Origin: a virus
Length of the DNA: 31,090 bases
UHGV virus genome: UHGV-0173755
Direction: 5' to 3' (one strand)
Shown: piece after piece, positions 1 to 11,055 of the stretch
How positions within the stretch are numbered: position 1 is the first letter of the stretch
Layout of the letters: the number at the start of each line of letters is the position of its first letter
Made by a program: the position numbers and the translations under genes
The notes under the pieces: model-generated
Databases searched by the model: none
The model's input: only the letters and a program-made list of their open reading frames with translations
What the model was told of the DNA's origin: nothing

Positions 1-557
1 TTTTTCTGTAATGCGCCAGAAGCCTGATTTACCGTTTCCTGTAAACCGAGGTTTTGGATAAACAGCGGCTTATTGGGAATATCTGCTCCGTTCCGCTCTT
101 TTGCCAGACGGGCATTGGCATTATCCATCGCAATTTTCACCGCTTTTGCGGTGGCTGCCAGCGTTTCACTGGGGCTGTCAGTGGCACTGGTTAGCTGAAC
201 GAGTCCTTTTTTGTTCAGGCTGGCATCATAGATATCCAGATTTTCACGTGCTGTACGCTGTGCTGATGCCCCGGCAGTTTTAATTTCGCTGAGGTTATTT
301 TTTATCAGCAGCGCGTTATTGCTCATAATGGCTTTAATGGACAGTGCAAGCTGGTTTAATTTTGTTTTATCCGGTTGAATACCGGCTTCTTCCAGCGTGT
401 TTAATAACTCCGCCTGCACAATATTAAACCAGTCCATGCCGGGCCATGTGATAACATTATTCCCGTCACCTTCTGAAAACCAGCGAACGATAGCACTACG
501 CTGGGCGGATACGGGCGGCATGACGGTTACGCCGCTGTCGTTATCAATATAAAACAT
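1..557 (-). CDS. S: Tail fibre protein S, N-terminal constant part (3' end truncated by window start)
   Basis: ATG at 555-557 overlapping upstream TAA (TAATG); my translation MFYIDNDSGVTVMPPVSAQRSAIVRWF... open to position 1; reads through gix. Confidence 0.8.
   Translation of the reverse strand, partial: MFYIDNDSGVTVMPPVSAQRSAIVRWFSEGDGNNVITWPGMDWFNIVQAELLNTLEEAGIQPDKTKLNQLALSIKAIMSNNALLIKNNLSEIKTAGASAQRTARENLDIYDASLNKKGLVQLTSATDSPSETLAATAKAVKIAMDNANARLAKERNGADIPNKPLFIQNLGLQETVNQASGALQK
36..61. other. gix site (left recombination site of invertible G segment) embedded in S coding sequence
   Basis: Sequence TTCCTGTAAACCGAGGTTTTGGATAA read directly; matches the Gin/Hin-family crossover site as I remember it; lies at Sc/Sv junction of S. 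Confidence 0.75.
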
Positions 558-1099
558 TAGTTATCTCCGTCATGGTAAACAAATTTATAAATCTGATGTG
601 CGGGTTTATATTTCTCCAGTAAACATTCCAGCGCACCCGATTCATAAACACGTAACGGCGTCAGAACATTATCCAGCACCGTTGCGTTGCGATAATTTTT
701 AATACCGTAAATATTGACCTGCGTAACCCACTGGCCTTCTGTGGAATCCGTCAGCCTGACGGTAAAACCGTACTGTGCAGCCAGCCATTCATAAAAGCGC
801 CGACTCAGATTGCCGGTCATACGCATTTTATTCGCGGTAGCCCGCTGGCGTTCGGACAAGGTGCCGTTTTCGCTGGTACAGTCCGGCAACCCCAGAAATG
901 ATTCCCACTCCCCCAGATACCAGCGGGATGTGGACGGGAAACGCTCCCGCAGCATTTGCCGCGCATCATCCGCCGCAGTGGCAATCACGTCGCTGATGGC
1001 CTGCGCCAGCGCAGATAATTTGCTGTCGGGGCTTTTATTCCAGGCAAGCCCTGACGGCAGTAATTGCAGAAAGGCCGTCTGATAGGGTGTTACAGCCAT
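557..1099 (-). CDS. Baseplate protein (Mu gp48-like, P2 gpI-like)
   Basis: 180 aa ORF, ATG at 1097-1099, overlaps upstream stop; position immediately before S. Confidence 0.7.
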   Translation of the reverse strand: MAVTPYQTAFLQLLPSGLAWNKSPDSKLSALAQAISDVIATAADDARQMLRERFPSTSRWYLGEWESFLGLPDCTSENGTLSERQRATANKMRMTGNLSRRFYEWLAAQYGFTVRLTDSTEGQWVTQVNIYGIKNYRNATVLDNVLTPLRVYESGALECLLEKYKPAHQIYKFVYHDGDN

Positions 1100-2172
1100 T
1101 CAATTGTCCCCGGTGTTAACAGTTCCGTATTCTCCGAACGCTGGATCTCTGTCGGGAAACGCACTTCAAAATCATCCAGACCGGTAACACCTGCCACCGC
1201 ACGGATAATACGGGAGGGGGCAAGTGCGCCGCCCGGCGTCACCTCATTAAAAAACATGGTATTAATGGCGTGAGTAATAGCCTGTTTCAGTTCGGCTGTC
1301 TTCGGTGATATATAAATCCGTGGATTTACCGGCTTTGCCTTTGGCGCAAATACAGTGACATTTACACCGTCAGGCTGTCCGACAATCAGACCGGTTATCG
1401 GGTCAGTATGACCGGCGATATAATCCGCCACGCGTTCCACGTCTGCCGGTTGTGGAAAAATATTGCTCCGGTTATCCATAACAAACGTCACCCCGACTGT
1501 GCCACCGCCTTTCCATGTCGGAAAACACCAGGCACGGGTAACGCCGCTGACTTCACGTGCCCAGCGAACATAATCAAACTGATTACCGCCGAACGGAGGG
1601 TACTGGACACGATATTCCAGCCGTGACAGCAGCTCCGCTGCACTCTCAATATCAGCTCCACCGGAAAACCCTTTTACAGTGATGGCATCGGAAACAACAC
1701 AGGCAACCGGGGTGATCAACGTTAAAAGGGTATTCTCACCGGTATTTCCTGCTTCACCGGCAGCCAGTGCGGTAACGGTAATTTCCGTCGTTCCTGCACG
1801 GTCAATCACAATGGCATCAGCCAGGCTGTAAACCACACCATCAGCACGCTGCCAGCGTGTACCGGCAGGAATGGTGGTCGCTGCCGATGTGGTGACAGTC
1901 AGCGGGCCGCTGGCGGCTGTCGCCTGTTTGCGGCGCACGCCCCAGAACCGGCAGTGCTCCAGCAACTCATCTTCATCTGCTGTCGACGGGATAATCTGCC
2001 GTCCAACCCATGAAATATGCTCGTGACAACCGGCAGCAAGGCCTGCCTGAGCATAAGCAATGGCACTCAGCGTTTTTTCACGGGCCTGAGGCCAGCTACC
2101 CGGCAGGCGCTGTTCAATATTCTGTTCTGTACGGGCAATCAGCGATGATAATGTCGGTGGTGAATAAGCCAT
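1090..2172 (-). CDS. Baseplate wedge protein (Mu gp47-like, P2 gpJ-like)
   Basis: 360 aa ORF, ATG at 2170-2172 directly after upstream TAA; synteny. Confidence 0.75.
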   Translation of the reverse strand: MAYSPPTLSSLIARTEQNIEQRLPGSWPQAREKTLSAIAYAQAGLAAGCHEHISWVGRQIIPSTADEDELLEHCRFWGVRRKQATAASGPLTVTTSAATTIPAGTRWQRADGVVYSLADAIVIDRAGTTEITVTALAAGEAGNTGENTLLTLITPVACVVSDAITVKGFSGGADIESAAELLSRLEYRVQYPPFGGNQFDYVRWAREVSGVTRAWCFPTWKGGGTVGVTFVMDNRSNIFPQPADVERVADYIAGHTDPITGLIVGQPDGVNVTVFAPKAKPVNPRIYISPKTAELKQAITHAINTMFFNEVTPGGALAPSRIIRAVAGVTGLDDFEVRFPTEIQRSENTELLTPGTIEWL

Positions 2173-2610
2173 TTAAACCCCGTTAAATGCTGCTTTAAAC
2201 TCATAAGGAATAACGGAACCATCCGGTAATGTCAGTGCAATGTAGAGGTATAACCAGCCCTGATGTAACTGTTCCGCTCTGACGTTAATCGCACTTACCC
2301 GGCCCGCTGTTTTCAGCCATTCCAGCGCCTCTTCGGCATACCCTCTGGCGCGTTCCAGCGTATCCGGTGTGGCTTTTTCACGTGATAACAGCCACAACCG
2401 CGAACCGATGGGGCGGTCGCGGTAACTGTCACCCCACCATCCACGGCGATCATCTGAACCATCCGGCAGCGTGTCAGAATCCAGCGCGCGCCGGTCGGTA
2501 AACAGGGAGATTGTCACATCGGTCGTCAGACTGTCGTCGGTCAGCATATCAATGCCATCCTGTGCAATATCGCCGCGTCCGTTCGTCCAGATAATGGCTA
2601 AATCGGTCAT
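2173..2610 (-). CDS. Baseplate protein (Mu gp46-like, P2 gpW-like)
   Basis: 145 aa ORF, ATGA overlap with upstream gene; synteny. Confidence 0.65.
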   Translation of the reverse strand: MTDLAIIWTNGRGDIAQDGIDMLTDDSLTTDVTISLFTDRRALDSDTLPDGSDDRRGWWGDSYRDRPIGSRLWLLSREKATPDTLERARGYAEEALEWLKTAGRVSAINVRAEQLHQGWLYLYIALTLPDGSVIPYEFKAAFNGV

Positions 2611-3200
2611 TGCATCGGCCCTGTGGTTCCGCCGCTGTCGCCACGGTGGATATGCTTATCCGTCGATTTGCCATTGATGATGGCATCCGGGGCAGTAATA
2701 TTGCTGTCGAACTGGCTTTTACCTTTAACGCCCAGACCTTTCTGGATCTCAACGTCACCGGTAAACGTGGTTCTGGGTGTATCAACGGTCATGCTTTCAT
2801 CAGCGTAAATCTCAACCGTTTTACAGGTAATGATGCAGCGCCCGTCCTTTGTCAGCCTGATACGATGCCCCTCGTGGTGGTAAATGCCTGCATCACCCGG
2901 TTCAAGATTTGTCGGGCGGTAGCGGCGGTCTTCCACCACAACGGCAATCCCCTGATCACGTTGTGCACCCACACAGGCAATCAGCGCCTCTGCGCCCGGC
3001 AGAGGAACGCTGAAATGCCCGTAATTTTGCAGGCGCTCCACTTCATCAGATTCCTCATCATCCAGCAGACCGACCTGCAGGTTCTGAACCTTTCGCCCGT
3101 CGTTAATCACGTTAACAACGGCACGCGCAAGCATCAGACGCACACGACGCATCAGCGGTGTCAGCAGGCGGTTCATGGCGGAATCATTTACTCTTTCCAC
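2607..3200 (-). CDS. Baseplate central spike protein (Mu gp45-like)
   Basis: 197 aa ORF with GTG at 3198-3200 (alternative ATG at 3174-3176); synteny. Confidence 0.7.
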   Translation of the reverse strand: MERVNDSAMNRLLTPLMRRVRLMLARAVVNVINDGRKVQNLQVGLLDDEESDEVERLQNYGHFSVPLPGAEALIACVGAQRDQGIAVVVEDRRYRPTNLEPGDAGIYHHEGHRIRLTKDGRCIITCKTVEIYADESMTVDTPRTTFTGDVEIQKGLGVKGKSQFDSNITAPDAIINGKSTDKHIHRGDSGGTTGPMQ

Positions 3201-4321
3201 GGCGGCGTTTTCTCCGGGTGTCTGCGATAATAATCTTCAACCAGCGCATCAACGCCATCATTACCATCCCCTCTGGATTTGCGGTCGCTTTCAACCGGCA
3301 CCAGAAAGCCTTCGCGTGGTGCAAGGCTGACGCGGGTTTTCAGCCCGTCCTGGTCATTCAGTATCAGGGTGACTTTGCTGACCAGTAATTCCGTGGTTTT
3401 GATGGCATATTTCGAGGCATCAATAGTGACCAGCAGGTTCGGCATCCAGAGTTGCCCGTCCTTGCGAGTCCATCCGTCAATTTCAGCCTCAAAGGTGATG
3501 GATTTTGCCAGTCTGCGGCGTTGCTCACGCAGGGCGCGGGCCTGTGCATCCTTCGCCGTAATTTTGCTGTCGGCAATGATGATCATCGGTCTGTAACGGG
3601 TTACATCACTGTCAGTGGCGGTCCCTTTCCGGGAGACGATACTTTTCGCATCAATATCATCACCCTCAGCGCCGTTTGCGCGGGCATAACCCTTGACAAT
3701 GTATTCGCTGAACCGGTCACGGAAATCTTCGTCAAAATCCACCGTCAGCAGATTTTTCCCGAGGATCAGCTCATCAGTGACCGTACTGGCAGCCCGGCTG
3801 AATACCAGCTCTCCGGCGGCATTGCTGGTCATCAGTACACCACGTGCGCGGGAGGCCCGCACCAGCGCTTCGTAAACCGTTTCTGAATGGTCAAGCGTAA
3901 AAGACGGAAACGACGCTGCGCTTTCCTTGTCTGACAGCTCCCAGCGAACGGTAACGCCATAAGGGGCGCACAGGTCACGCGCAATCTGCTCCAGTGTGCG
4001 GTTTTTCCACTGTCCGCCACTGTAAACGGCAGCACAGTCAATCAGGTCAGCCGTTTTGTCACGTCCGGCGACAGTGATTTTCATACTGTCAGCGGTCATC
4101 TGGCGTCGCCGTGAATCGATATAACCGGTGCAGACAATCTGCCCCCCGATTTCGAGCGTGAACTTCTTCCCCGGAGCCAGCCCGGATAAATCCGTGCCCG
4201 GTGGCACGTTCACCCCCAGCTCAAAATATCCGGCTACGGATTCAATCGAGCGGGTGACAGAGACTGACGTCCAGCCGGTAAAAAGCCTGCCATCCGTTCG
4301 CAGCGTGACGGTATTACTCAT
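3188..4321 (-). CDS. Baseplate hub protein (Mu gp44-like, P2 gpD-like)
   Basis: 377 aa ORF, ATG at 4319-4321 overlapping upstream stop; synteny. Confidence 0.75.
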   Translation of the reverse strand: MSNTVTLRTDGRLFTGWTSVSVTRSIESVAGYFELGVNVPPGTDLSGLAPGKKFTLEIGGQIVCTGYIDSRRRQMTADSMKITVAGRDKTADLIDCAAVYSGGQWKNRTLEQIARDLCAPYGVTVRWELSDKESAASFPSFTLDHSETVYEALVRASRARGVLMTSNAAGELVFSRAASTVTDELILGKNLLTVDFDEDFRDRFSEYIVKGYARANGAEGDDIDAKSIVSRKGTATDSDVTRYRPMIIIADSKITAKDAQARALREQRRRLAKSITFEAEIDGWTRKDGQLWMPNLLVTIDASKYAIKTTELLVSKVTLILNDQDGLKTRVSLAPREGFLVPVESDRKSRGDGNDGVDALVEDYYRRHPEKTPPWKE

Positions 4322-5801
4322 TAATCACCTCAATACTGACACCACCGGGAACAAACAACGGGTTGCTGATACCGTTCCTGCGGGCCAGCCGTTGCCAGTT
4401 CCGGCTGTTTCCTGTGTAACGGTACAGGGCCACCATTGCAGGCATCGTCTCCGGCAGACGGTGCGTTTCACTACCCGCCAGTTGCAGCCCGCGTTTTTCC
4501 AGGTCGGCAACAACCAGCAGACGCAGTTGCGTAAGCTGAACGCTGTCTGTCGAAAAGCCCTGCTCAGATGCCGTCAGAATGACGGTATCCAGCGCAGCCC
4601 CCAGCATGGCGGCTGTTTTTCCGATATCGGACACACTTTCAAATACCGGGGGCGTGGCTGTACCACTGTCTGAAAAGGATACCTGTGAAAAGCCGCCGTC
4701 CGGGGTTATGGCAGTTAACTGTAACTGTCCCTGTGTGACGGTAGCAGATGTGCTGCTGGCCCCGCTGGCTGTGCCGGTTGTGGTGGACGGGGCATCCAGT
4801 ACAGGTGCACGGGCGGCATTATCCATCCGGCGACTGAAATCCAGTGCCGCAGTCAGTGCCTGGCTGGCAGCTTCTGCCCGGTATGTCTGCGCCGCTGCCA
4901 GCATGACGTAGTTCAGTGTGGCAATATTTTTTTCTGCAACCGGACTGTTGTACGAGGTTGTGATTGTCCCCTGTCTGCCTGCGGTGGCGGCATGGCGACG
5001 TTCGAATCGCTGCGCCAGACGGTTCCATGTGGAAAATGCTGTCCGGGTATCGCATAACGATGAAACGCCGGACAGCGTCCCCATCAGCGAGGAGGCCAGC
5101 ATGGCAGGCTGGTTAATCAGGCTGGTCACAGAGCCTTTCATCGCAGAAAGCGATCCCATCAGACCGCTGACAGTCTGCGTAACCCCCAGATTGTCCACCG
5201 CATCACTGATATCATCGATGACACCGGTTACAGCTTCCATCACGGCGGTTGCCGCCGCAGTGCCATCTTTTACGGTTTGCCAGACAGAGGACAGCGTATC
5301 TCCCAGAGAACCGGTTACAGCAACGGCCTGTGCAGGTACGGCTGCACTGGTGTCTGTCTCTGCGTCCGGGGCAGTATCCTGCAACGACGGATAAACGGTA
5401 ACGGTGAACGCGTAATAATTCAGTTCATCCGCTTTAGTGCGGCATTCCCATGAATCCACCATGACGTCCACAGTGCCGAAATCAGGATGTACCAGCTCAC
5501 CGCTACCCGGAGCATCAAGAGCATCCATCAGCGCACCCGCTTCATCTCTGGCTGTTTCTGCGTTGCTGTTCAGAATGCAGATGCTGAATGTGCGGGAGCG
5601 AAGCTTTTTCCCCAGGTCATTGACACCGCCGGTATCACGTAACGGGTACTCACGTTTAACCAGACGACGTCCGCCAGCCTGTTTTTGCTCCTCGATGACG
5701 AGAAACGGCACGTTACGGAACGTGCCTTTGCCGGTTGTTTTCCTGCCTCCACCGGTTTTATCCCGGACAGCATTAACGGCATTTAAAGCATCTTCAAACA
5801 T
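4314..5801 (-). CDS. DNA circularisation protein N-like tail protein (Mu gp43-like)
   Basis: 495 aa ORF, ATG 5799-5801, 4 nt after tape-measure stop; Ala/Thr/Ser-rich; synteny. Confidence 0.75.
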   Translation of the reverse strand: MFEDALNAVNAVRDKTGGGRKTTGKGTFRNVPFLVIEEQKQAGGRRLVKREYPLRDTGGVNDLGKKLRSRTFSICILNSNAETARDEAGALMDALDAPGSGELVHPDFGTVDVMVDSWECRTKADELNYYAFTVTVYPSLQDTAPDAETDTSAAVPAQAVAVTGSLGDTLSSVWQTVKDGTAAATAVMEAVTGVIDDISDAVDNLGVTQTVSGLMGSLSAMKGSVTSLINQPAMLASSLMGTLSGVSSLCDTRTAFSTWNRLAQRFERRHAATAGRQGTITTSYNSPVAEKNIATLNYVMLAAAQTYRAEAASQALTAALDFSRRMDNAARAPVLDAPSTTTGTASGASSTSATVTQGQLQLTAITPDGGFSQVSFSDSGTATPPVFESVSDIGKTAAMLGAALDTVILTASEQGFSTDSVQLTQLRLLVVADLEKRGLQLAGSETHRLPETMPAMVALYRYTGNSRNWQRLARRNGISNPLFVPGGVSIEVINE

Positions 5802-5805
5802 GGTT

Positions 5806-7878
5806 TTACCAGCCTGTAATGTAGTTATCGCCCGCGTAAATATTCAGCCCCATACCATCCTCGGTGACGCGGGAACTGGTCAGACGTAATCCTTCGCCAA
5901 GCTCGACGCGCAACGAGGCTTCCGCATTCACTTTTTGCTCCTGCGGTTCCTTATCCGTGGCCGTCCACTTCTGATACAGGTCGGTTACAAAACCGCCCAG
6001 ATACTCCCCGGCGACACTGCCCAGCGTGGCACCGGCAACCGTACCCAGCGGTCCGGCAAGGCTGCCAACGGCACCGCCGAGCCAGGCGCCGGCAGTGCTG
6101 CCAATTGCTCCGGCTTTTTCATGGGTTGACGCCTGCTCATCCATCAGGACGGGGGCAAGCTGGAGTGCCCCCATTACCGGGCCACCCAGACGTGACAACG
6201 CACGACCGGCACCTTTCCCCATCCAGCCCAGCGCCCCGGCCCCTTTTGTCACAACCCGACCAATGGCACTGTCTGCAAGTTTGTTTCCGATACCGGAAAA
6301 CAACCCGCCAACGGTACGACCGGCACCAGCCAGCTTTCCGATTGTTCCTGTAACCAGTTGCCCGGCAGCACTGCCTGCAAGCCTGCTCAGAAGACCGGAT
6401 TTACCGGATAAAGGTAATGGTGCAGGCCGTGCTGTTACCGGTACGCCGGGTGGGGGTAATGCCAGTACAGGGCGTGGTGCAGGTAATGCCAGCGGCTGTG
6501 GCCCGGACAGCAATAACGGCTGGCGGGGTAACAGCGGGGCCATTCTTCCGCCGCTCCGTCCGCGACGACCGCCGCCACTCCCGTAGCCACCAAATCCACG
6601 GGGCCAGTTGATGACAAACACACGCTGAATGCCGATACCCTGCAACAGCGTCTCAGACGTCATGGCATCCGGGACCGGCAGACCTGCCTGCCCACGTTTG
6701 CGGTTTCGCATCCAGCGCCACATACGACGCCCGGTTTTAAACGGATAACTGGCAACCTGCCATGAGGGTTTTGCCACGGCCCAGCCTGCTCTCAGGGCTT
6801 TATTGGCAAGCCAGACAGACACCAGAACAGCAGCCAGTTTTTTCAGGCTGACAATATTCTGGTCAACCCATGCCAGCGCATCTTTACCCGGTTTCAGCCA
6901 GCGCCATAATTCCTGCGCCGCGATTTTTACCTTTCTGAACGTGGTCAGAAATTTCTGACCAATGTTTTCTGCCAGTGCGTCAAGTTCCCCGGATTTATCC
7001 GCCATGTCGTGCCAGTTAAGCACCCGGCGCATCTCGTTCTTGATTTCTTCAAAGGGGCCGCTGTTTGCCACCTTCGTGCGAAACTCAAGCAGGTTGCCCT
7101 CCATCTGGGCCATCATCCCGTCCCAGGAGTTCATGGCAGCCGCCTGTGCGCCTTCTGACTGCTCCAGCAGGGTCCGGAATACCGTCAGAATGGATTTCAG
7201 GCCCAGCTTGCCTTTTTCACCCAGCTTACGGATTTTTTTCTCATCCTTACCCGTTGCATCTGCCAGCACCTTGTAGACGTTGATACCGTAACCGGTCAGC
7301 AGGTTGGCGTCCGCCGCCGTGATTTGCTGGCGGGCAAACATCTGCTTGAACTGTAACGAAGCCCCCTGCGCGGTGGGTAAATCCCAGCCATGCATCGCGC
7401 CCTGATTCTGTAGCATGGTGATGAACTGTTTTACCTGGGCGTCAGTCATGCCAAACGCCGTTGATGTGCGGATTTCCTGCAGAACGCCGCCCAGCCCCCA
7501 GGTGGTTTCTTTTGCGTTCTGCTTCGCCCACGCCATCATGGCCTGTGCTCTGGCCTTATCGCCGTGATACAGCGAGTTCATGGCGATGATCTGCTGCTCA
7601 CGCTGGGCGGCTGCACCAATAAACAGTTTATTGGCGGTGTAACCTACGCCAGCGATACCCAGCGCCCCGGCTGACAGCATTCGGAATGTACGGGTTGACA
7701 GAGAACCCATTCTGTCAATGGCACCAGAAACGCGCACAACCTCCATACGCAGGGCACGAAGGGAACTTTGCCCGCTACGGGACAGGGCGTTTATCTGGTT
7801 CGAATACTGGCGGGAACGCCGGGAAAGATTGCCATTAAGATCAATAATGACAGACGCCTTTAAGCGTTTCCCGGTCAT
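5806..7878 (-). CDS. Tail tape measure protein (Mu gp42-like)
   Basis: 690 aa ORF, ATG 7876-7878 with AGGAAA SD; helical N-terminus, Gly/Pro/Ala-rich repeats; position after tail chaperone. Confidence 0.85.
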   Translation of the reverse strand: MTGKRLKASVIIDLNGNLSRRSRQYSNQINALSRSGQSSLRALRMEVVRVSGAIDRMGSLSTRTFRMLSAGALGIAGVGYTANKLFIGAAAQREQQIIAMNSLYHGDKARAQAMMAWAKQNAKETTWGLGGVLQEIRTSTAFGMTDAQVKQFITMLQNQGAMHGWDLPTAQGASLQFKQMFARQQITAADANLLTGYGINVYKVLADATGKDEKKIRKLGEKGKLGLKSILTVFRTLLEQSEGAQAAAMNSWDGMMAQMEGNLLEFRTKVANSGPFEEIKNEMRRVLNWHDMADKSGELDALAENIGQKFLTTFRKVKIAAQELWRWLKPGKDALAWVDQNIVSLKKLAAVLVSVWLANKALRAGWAVAKPSWQVASYPFKTGRRMWRWMRNRKRGQAGLPVPDAMTSETLLQGIGIQRVFVINWPRGFGGYGSGGGRRGRSGGRMAPLLPRQPLLLSGPQPLALPAPRPVLALPPPGVPVTARPAPLPLSGKSGLLSRLAGSAAGQLVTGTIGKLAGAGRTVGGLFSGIGNKLADSAIGRVVTKGAGALGWMGKGAGRALSRLGGPVMGALQLAPVLMDEQASTHEKAGAIGSTAGAWLGGAVGSLAGPLGTVAGATLGSVAGEYLGGFVTDLYQKWTATDKEPQEQKVNAEASLRVELGEGLRLTSSRVTEDGMGLNIYAGDNYITGW

Positions 7879-8022
7879 AGAGATTTCCTGATTTAACGGT
7901 GATATTGAGAGAGGGTTTTAGCCTGCTGGCAGTGCCGGAAAAAGCGGGACAGCGGAAGGGATAAGGCCCATTCCGGGCCACTTTTCAGAATAACGCCAAT
8001 CGCTGTCGCCGCTTTCTCAATA

Positions 8023-8457
8023 TCATTCCGGCACCGCAGCCACTCGCCCCCGTTCTTGCGTCAGCGATGCCGCCACAGCCATGTCGTACATTTCTGTGGC
8101 CAGCGACAGACGCTGGAAGTCATCGACAGACAGCTTACGAATCAGCGCCATCGACAACGGGCCTTTGATGCAGCCCACGCTGGCAATCTGTCGGCGCAGC
8201 ATTTCCAGTCCCATCCGGGACGGGGAACTGACCAGCACCGGACCTTCCTTGCTCATTACCAGCTTTTCAGCAGCCGCCTGTGCATCAATCATATCGCCTG
8301 CGGTCAGTTCACGCAGTGTCACGTCATACTGCATTTCAGTCTCGTCACCGGTGCCGAACGGCAGGCCGTCTTTCAGTTTCAGCACGCCGGACTGAATTTC
8401 TGCCACAATGCTGTCATGCAGTTCCTGTGCTTCAGGACCTAAATTCATTTCGTCCAT
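8023..8457 (-). CDS. Tail assembly chaperone-like protein (Mu gp41/Y-like)
   Basis: 144 aa ORF between tail tube and tape measure genes. Confidence 0.65.
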   Translation of the reverse strand: MDEMNLGPEAQELHDSIVAEIQSGVLKLKDGLPFGTGDETEMQYDVTLRELTAGDMIDAQAAAEKLVMSKEGPVLVSSPSRMGLEMLRRQIASVGCIKGPLSMALIRKLSVDDFQRLSLATEMYDMAVAASLTQERGRVAAVPE

Positions 8458-8466
8458 TGTTTCCCC

Positions 8467-8823
8467 TTATGCAATGCGTTTGCTTTGTTTTGCCATCAGT
8501 ACCAGCGAAATTTCGCCGCCGTCGTTTTTCGGTTCATCTGCCTGCCAGGCATTCGCCATCATCCAGGTTTCACCGGTGTCTGCCTGAAACTCTGCCGTGA
8601 TATTTTCCCAGCCGATGATTTCATCCAGACCGATATCACCACCGCCCGGAATTTTGCATTCCAGCTTTGCGGCACGTGGTTTACCTTTCCAGCCATAAAC
8701 CCGCGAGCCGGTCACTTCTTCACGGGTGATGCCGGAAGGTGTGAAGGAGGCCCCTTCCATCGTTTCAAGCTCCATGCCATTGACACGGATGAACGCCACC
8801 CCCTGACGCTGATTTCCAGCCAT
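8467..8823 (-). CDS. Tail tube protein (Mu gp40/M-like)
   Basis: 118 aa ORF immediately downstream of sheath gene. Confidence 0.75.
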   Translation of the reverse strand: MAGNQRQGVAFIRVNGMELETMEGASFTPSGITREEVTGSRVYGWKGKPRAAKLECKIPGGGDIGLDEIIGWENITAEFQADTGETWMMANAWQADEPKNDGGEISLVLMAKQSKRIA

Positions 8824-8832
8824 AAATGCTCC

Positions 8833-10320
8833 TTACAGAATGAACTGAACTTGTGCCGCGAAAATGCGGAACTGGTTAATCAGATTCGGGCCGCACAGCA
8901 CATCAAGACGGTCTTTGTCGTCCTTGTTACGTGCCACATACAGCTCCTCTTTGAACGTGTCGAAATCCTCGACCAGTCCGGCGTTTTCCCATTCTTCAAA
9001 CAGTGCCAGCAGCTCCGTTTTGATCACGGATGGCGTCACCACGGCCTGACCGGTGGCAAAGCGGGTGCCATCACTTGCCAGCTTGTAGTTCGGGAATTTC
9101 TGCGTGATGCGGGTTCGCAGCGAATAACGCAGATAACTCAGCGTGGCGATGGTATTCACGTTCAGATAAGACGGATCACTGTCACCGTACTTGTTTGTGC
9201 GGTACATCGTGATCATGCGTTCAATCTGCATTTCACCACCATCATTCACGTTAAACGTGGAGATGCCGTCAAACAGCAGCGCATTACGTTCTGACCAGGT
9301 GAAACGATCCCCCACCGCAGGCGGCATTCTTCCGGGCAACGTCAGCGTCTGGAGAGGACGCGCCGGGTCGATGGAAAGCGCCTGGCTGGCAACGGCACAC
9401 AGTGTGGCGGCGTACAGATATGACGGTTCCGGTGCACCGGCAATCCCCATACAGGAGATCAGATGATCATTACGACTGACACCAAACGTGGAAATATCCC
9501 CATACGTGCCGGACAGCACTGTCACAGCAAAGCCATCAGCCTGATTGACCGGTCCCCAGCGTTCCTGCAATTCAGTGCGTAACAGATTCAGGTTCGGTTC
9601 ATCGGTATAGGGCATCACAATATATTTGTATTGCAGATCGCCCATTCCCGCGATACTTGCGCTGATATCCGGGTTGCCATTTTTCCCGGAGGCGGCTTTG
9701 AATGCCGTGATAATCCCGTAAGGGGTGGTTTCACCCGCGTAATAGTTCCAGCGCACGTCCACGGCAGATAATGCACCCGTAAATTTTGCACTCAGAACCA
9801 CATCTGCATGGGTGTCATCATCTCCGCTGTCTGCGCGAACTTCTGCCGTCACCGGTAAATCCGGCTGGCCTTTGATTCGGGCAACCAGCAGGTCAGCCAG
9901 CGCCGCTCCCGTTGCACCTGCTGCGACAGATACCGCCAGTCGCTGACCGGCAATGTAAGTCACAAGCGAGCCGTTTTCGCCTGCCGTTCCTGACAGTGAA
10001 ATTTCACCGACAGCAGCATTACCGGTGCCGTTCCCCTGCGGAATACACCACAGCTCCGCCACGCGGTTAGCGTTCAGGAATGCATCTGCCATCAGTGCCA
10101 GCATGGAACCCTGACCAAACGCCGCACTGGCCTGTGAGCCGGAACGGATACGGACAGGCACGTTTGGTGCCGCACTGGCTTTACTTCCGCTTTGCCCGAA
10201 CATCAGCACGCGCTGACGGGGTGCCGGTGTTCCGCTGACGGCATTACTGTTATCAAATTCGATATACGTCAGAGGAACGCGAACATCTGACGGGATCGCG
10301 TTAAATGAAATATCGCTCAT
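8833..10320 (-). CDS. L: Contractile tail sheath protein
   Basis: 495 aa ORF, ATG 10318-10320; size and position typical of myovirus sheath; Mu synteny. Confidence 0.85.
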
Positions 10321-10523
10321 TTCGATTTACTCCGTTTTTTCGGCGCAGCGTCGGTATCATCCGCCGTGTTTTCGGTGTTCCCGACTTCAACCACATCACC
10401 GGCTGCAAGGCGACGTATCCAGAAACTGTTACGGGGCTTTTCTTCTCCCTCCGGAGCCAGTAATTTCATCGTGAGCGGGTCACGGATGGCTTTTCCCGCT
10501 GCGGGTTTAATTTTCAGCATCAT
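10317..10523 (-). CDS. Small head-tail region protein (Mu gp38-like)
   Basis: 68 aa ORF, tandem ATG at 10518-10523, overlaps end of upstream gene. Confidence 0.5.
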
Positions 10524-11055
10524 GATCCTTTTCCTGATTCACATTGATATGTGCGGCAAATTCCGGGGTTTCGTCCGGGAATTTCCAGGTCTGCCAGTGA
10601 CGCTCGTAATCATCCAGCGAATCCATGTCCACCACGGACGGCAGCGGGGTAGTGCCACTGAACAGAACGCCGTAAAGCACCACACCGGCATTGATACGGT
10701 TGTCGTCACAAAGATTTCTGACCTGCGTCAGTCTCATCCCGGTGGTCGGGCCAAACGTCTGACCGTTAACACCGGCAATCAGTCGCTCCACAATCTGATA
10801 AATACCGGGCCGGTTTACCTGTTCCCCGTTCAGCAACTCCGCCACGACAAAAAATGCCCAGCGACTTTCAACTTCCCGACGCGTACGCCCCTCACCACAG
10901 CCCATCCATGCCAGAAATACCGATGGCGGGGCCAGAAAGAGACGGTGCACATCCTCGTTAGTCCATGTGCCGGTAAGGGGTTCCACCTGCCGCAGGGTTG
11001 CCCCAAACAACTCACGAACGCGCGCCAGCAGTGCGGCTTCGGTTTCTTCCAGCAT
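10507..11055 (-). CDS. Head-tail connector/tail completion protein (Mu gp37/K-like)
   Basis: 182 aa ORF; synteny. Confidence 0.6.
   Translation of the reverse strand: MLEETEAALLARVRELFGATLRQVEPLTGTWTNEDVHRLFLAPPSVFLAWMGCGEGRTRREVESRWAFFVVAELLNGEQVNRPGIYQIVERLIAGVNGQTFGPTTGMRLTQVRNLCDDNRINAGVVLYGVLFSGTTPLPSVVDMDSLDDYERHWQTWKFPDETPEFAAHINVNQEKDHDAEN

Noticed and set aside
101-283. 60-aa plus-strand ORF
   Set aside because: Antisense to the S coding sequence.
590-602. CCCGCAC-like motif about 40-50 nt upstream of the S start as an additional late promoter
   Set aside because: Only a 7-mer match, lacking the CCT and local repeat seen upstream of lys and I; several such matches are expected by chance in 31 kb, and no late promoter is known here.
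2610-3230. 206-aa plus-strand ORF
   Set aside because: Antisense to baseplate genes.
8485-9294. 269-aa plus-strand ORF
   Set aside because: Antisense to the tail sheath gene; no start-site signals.
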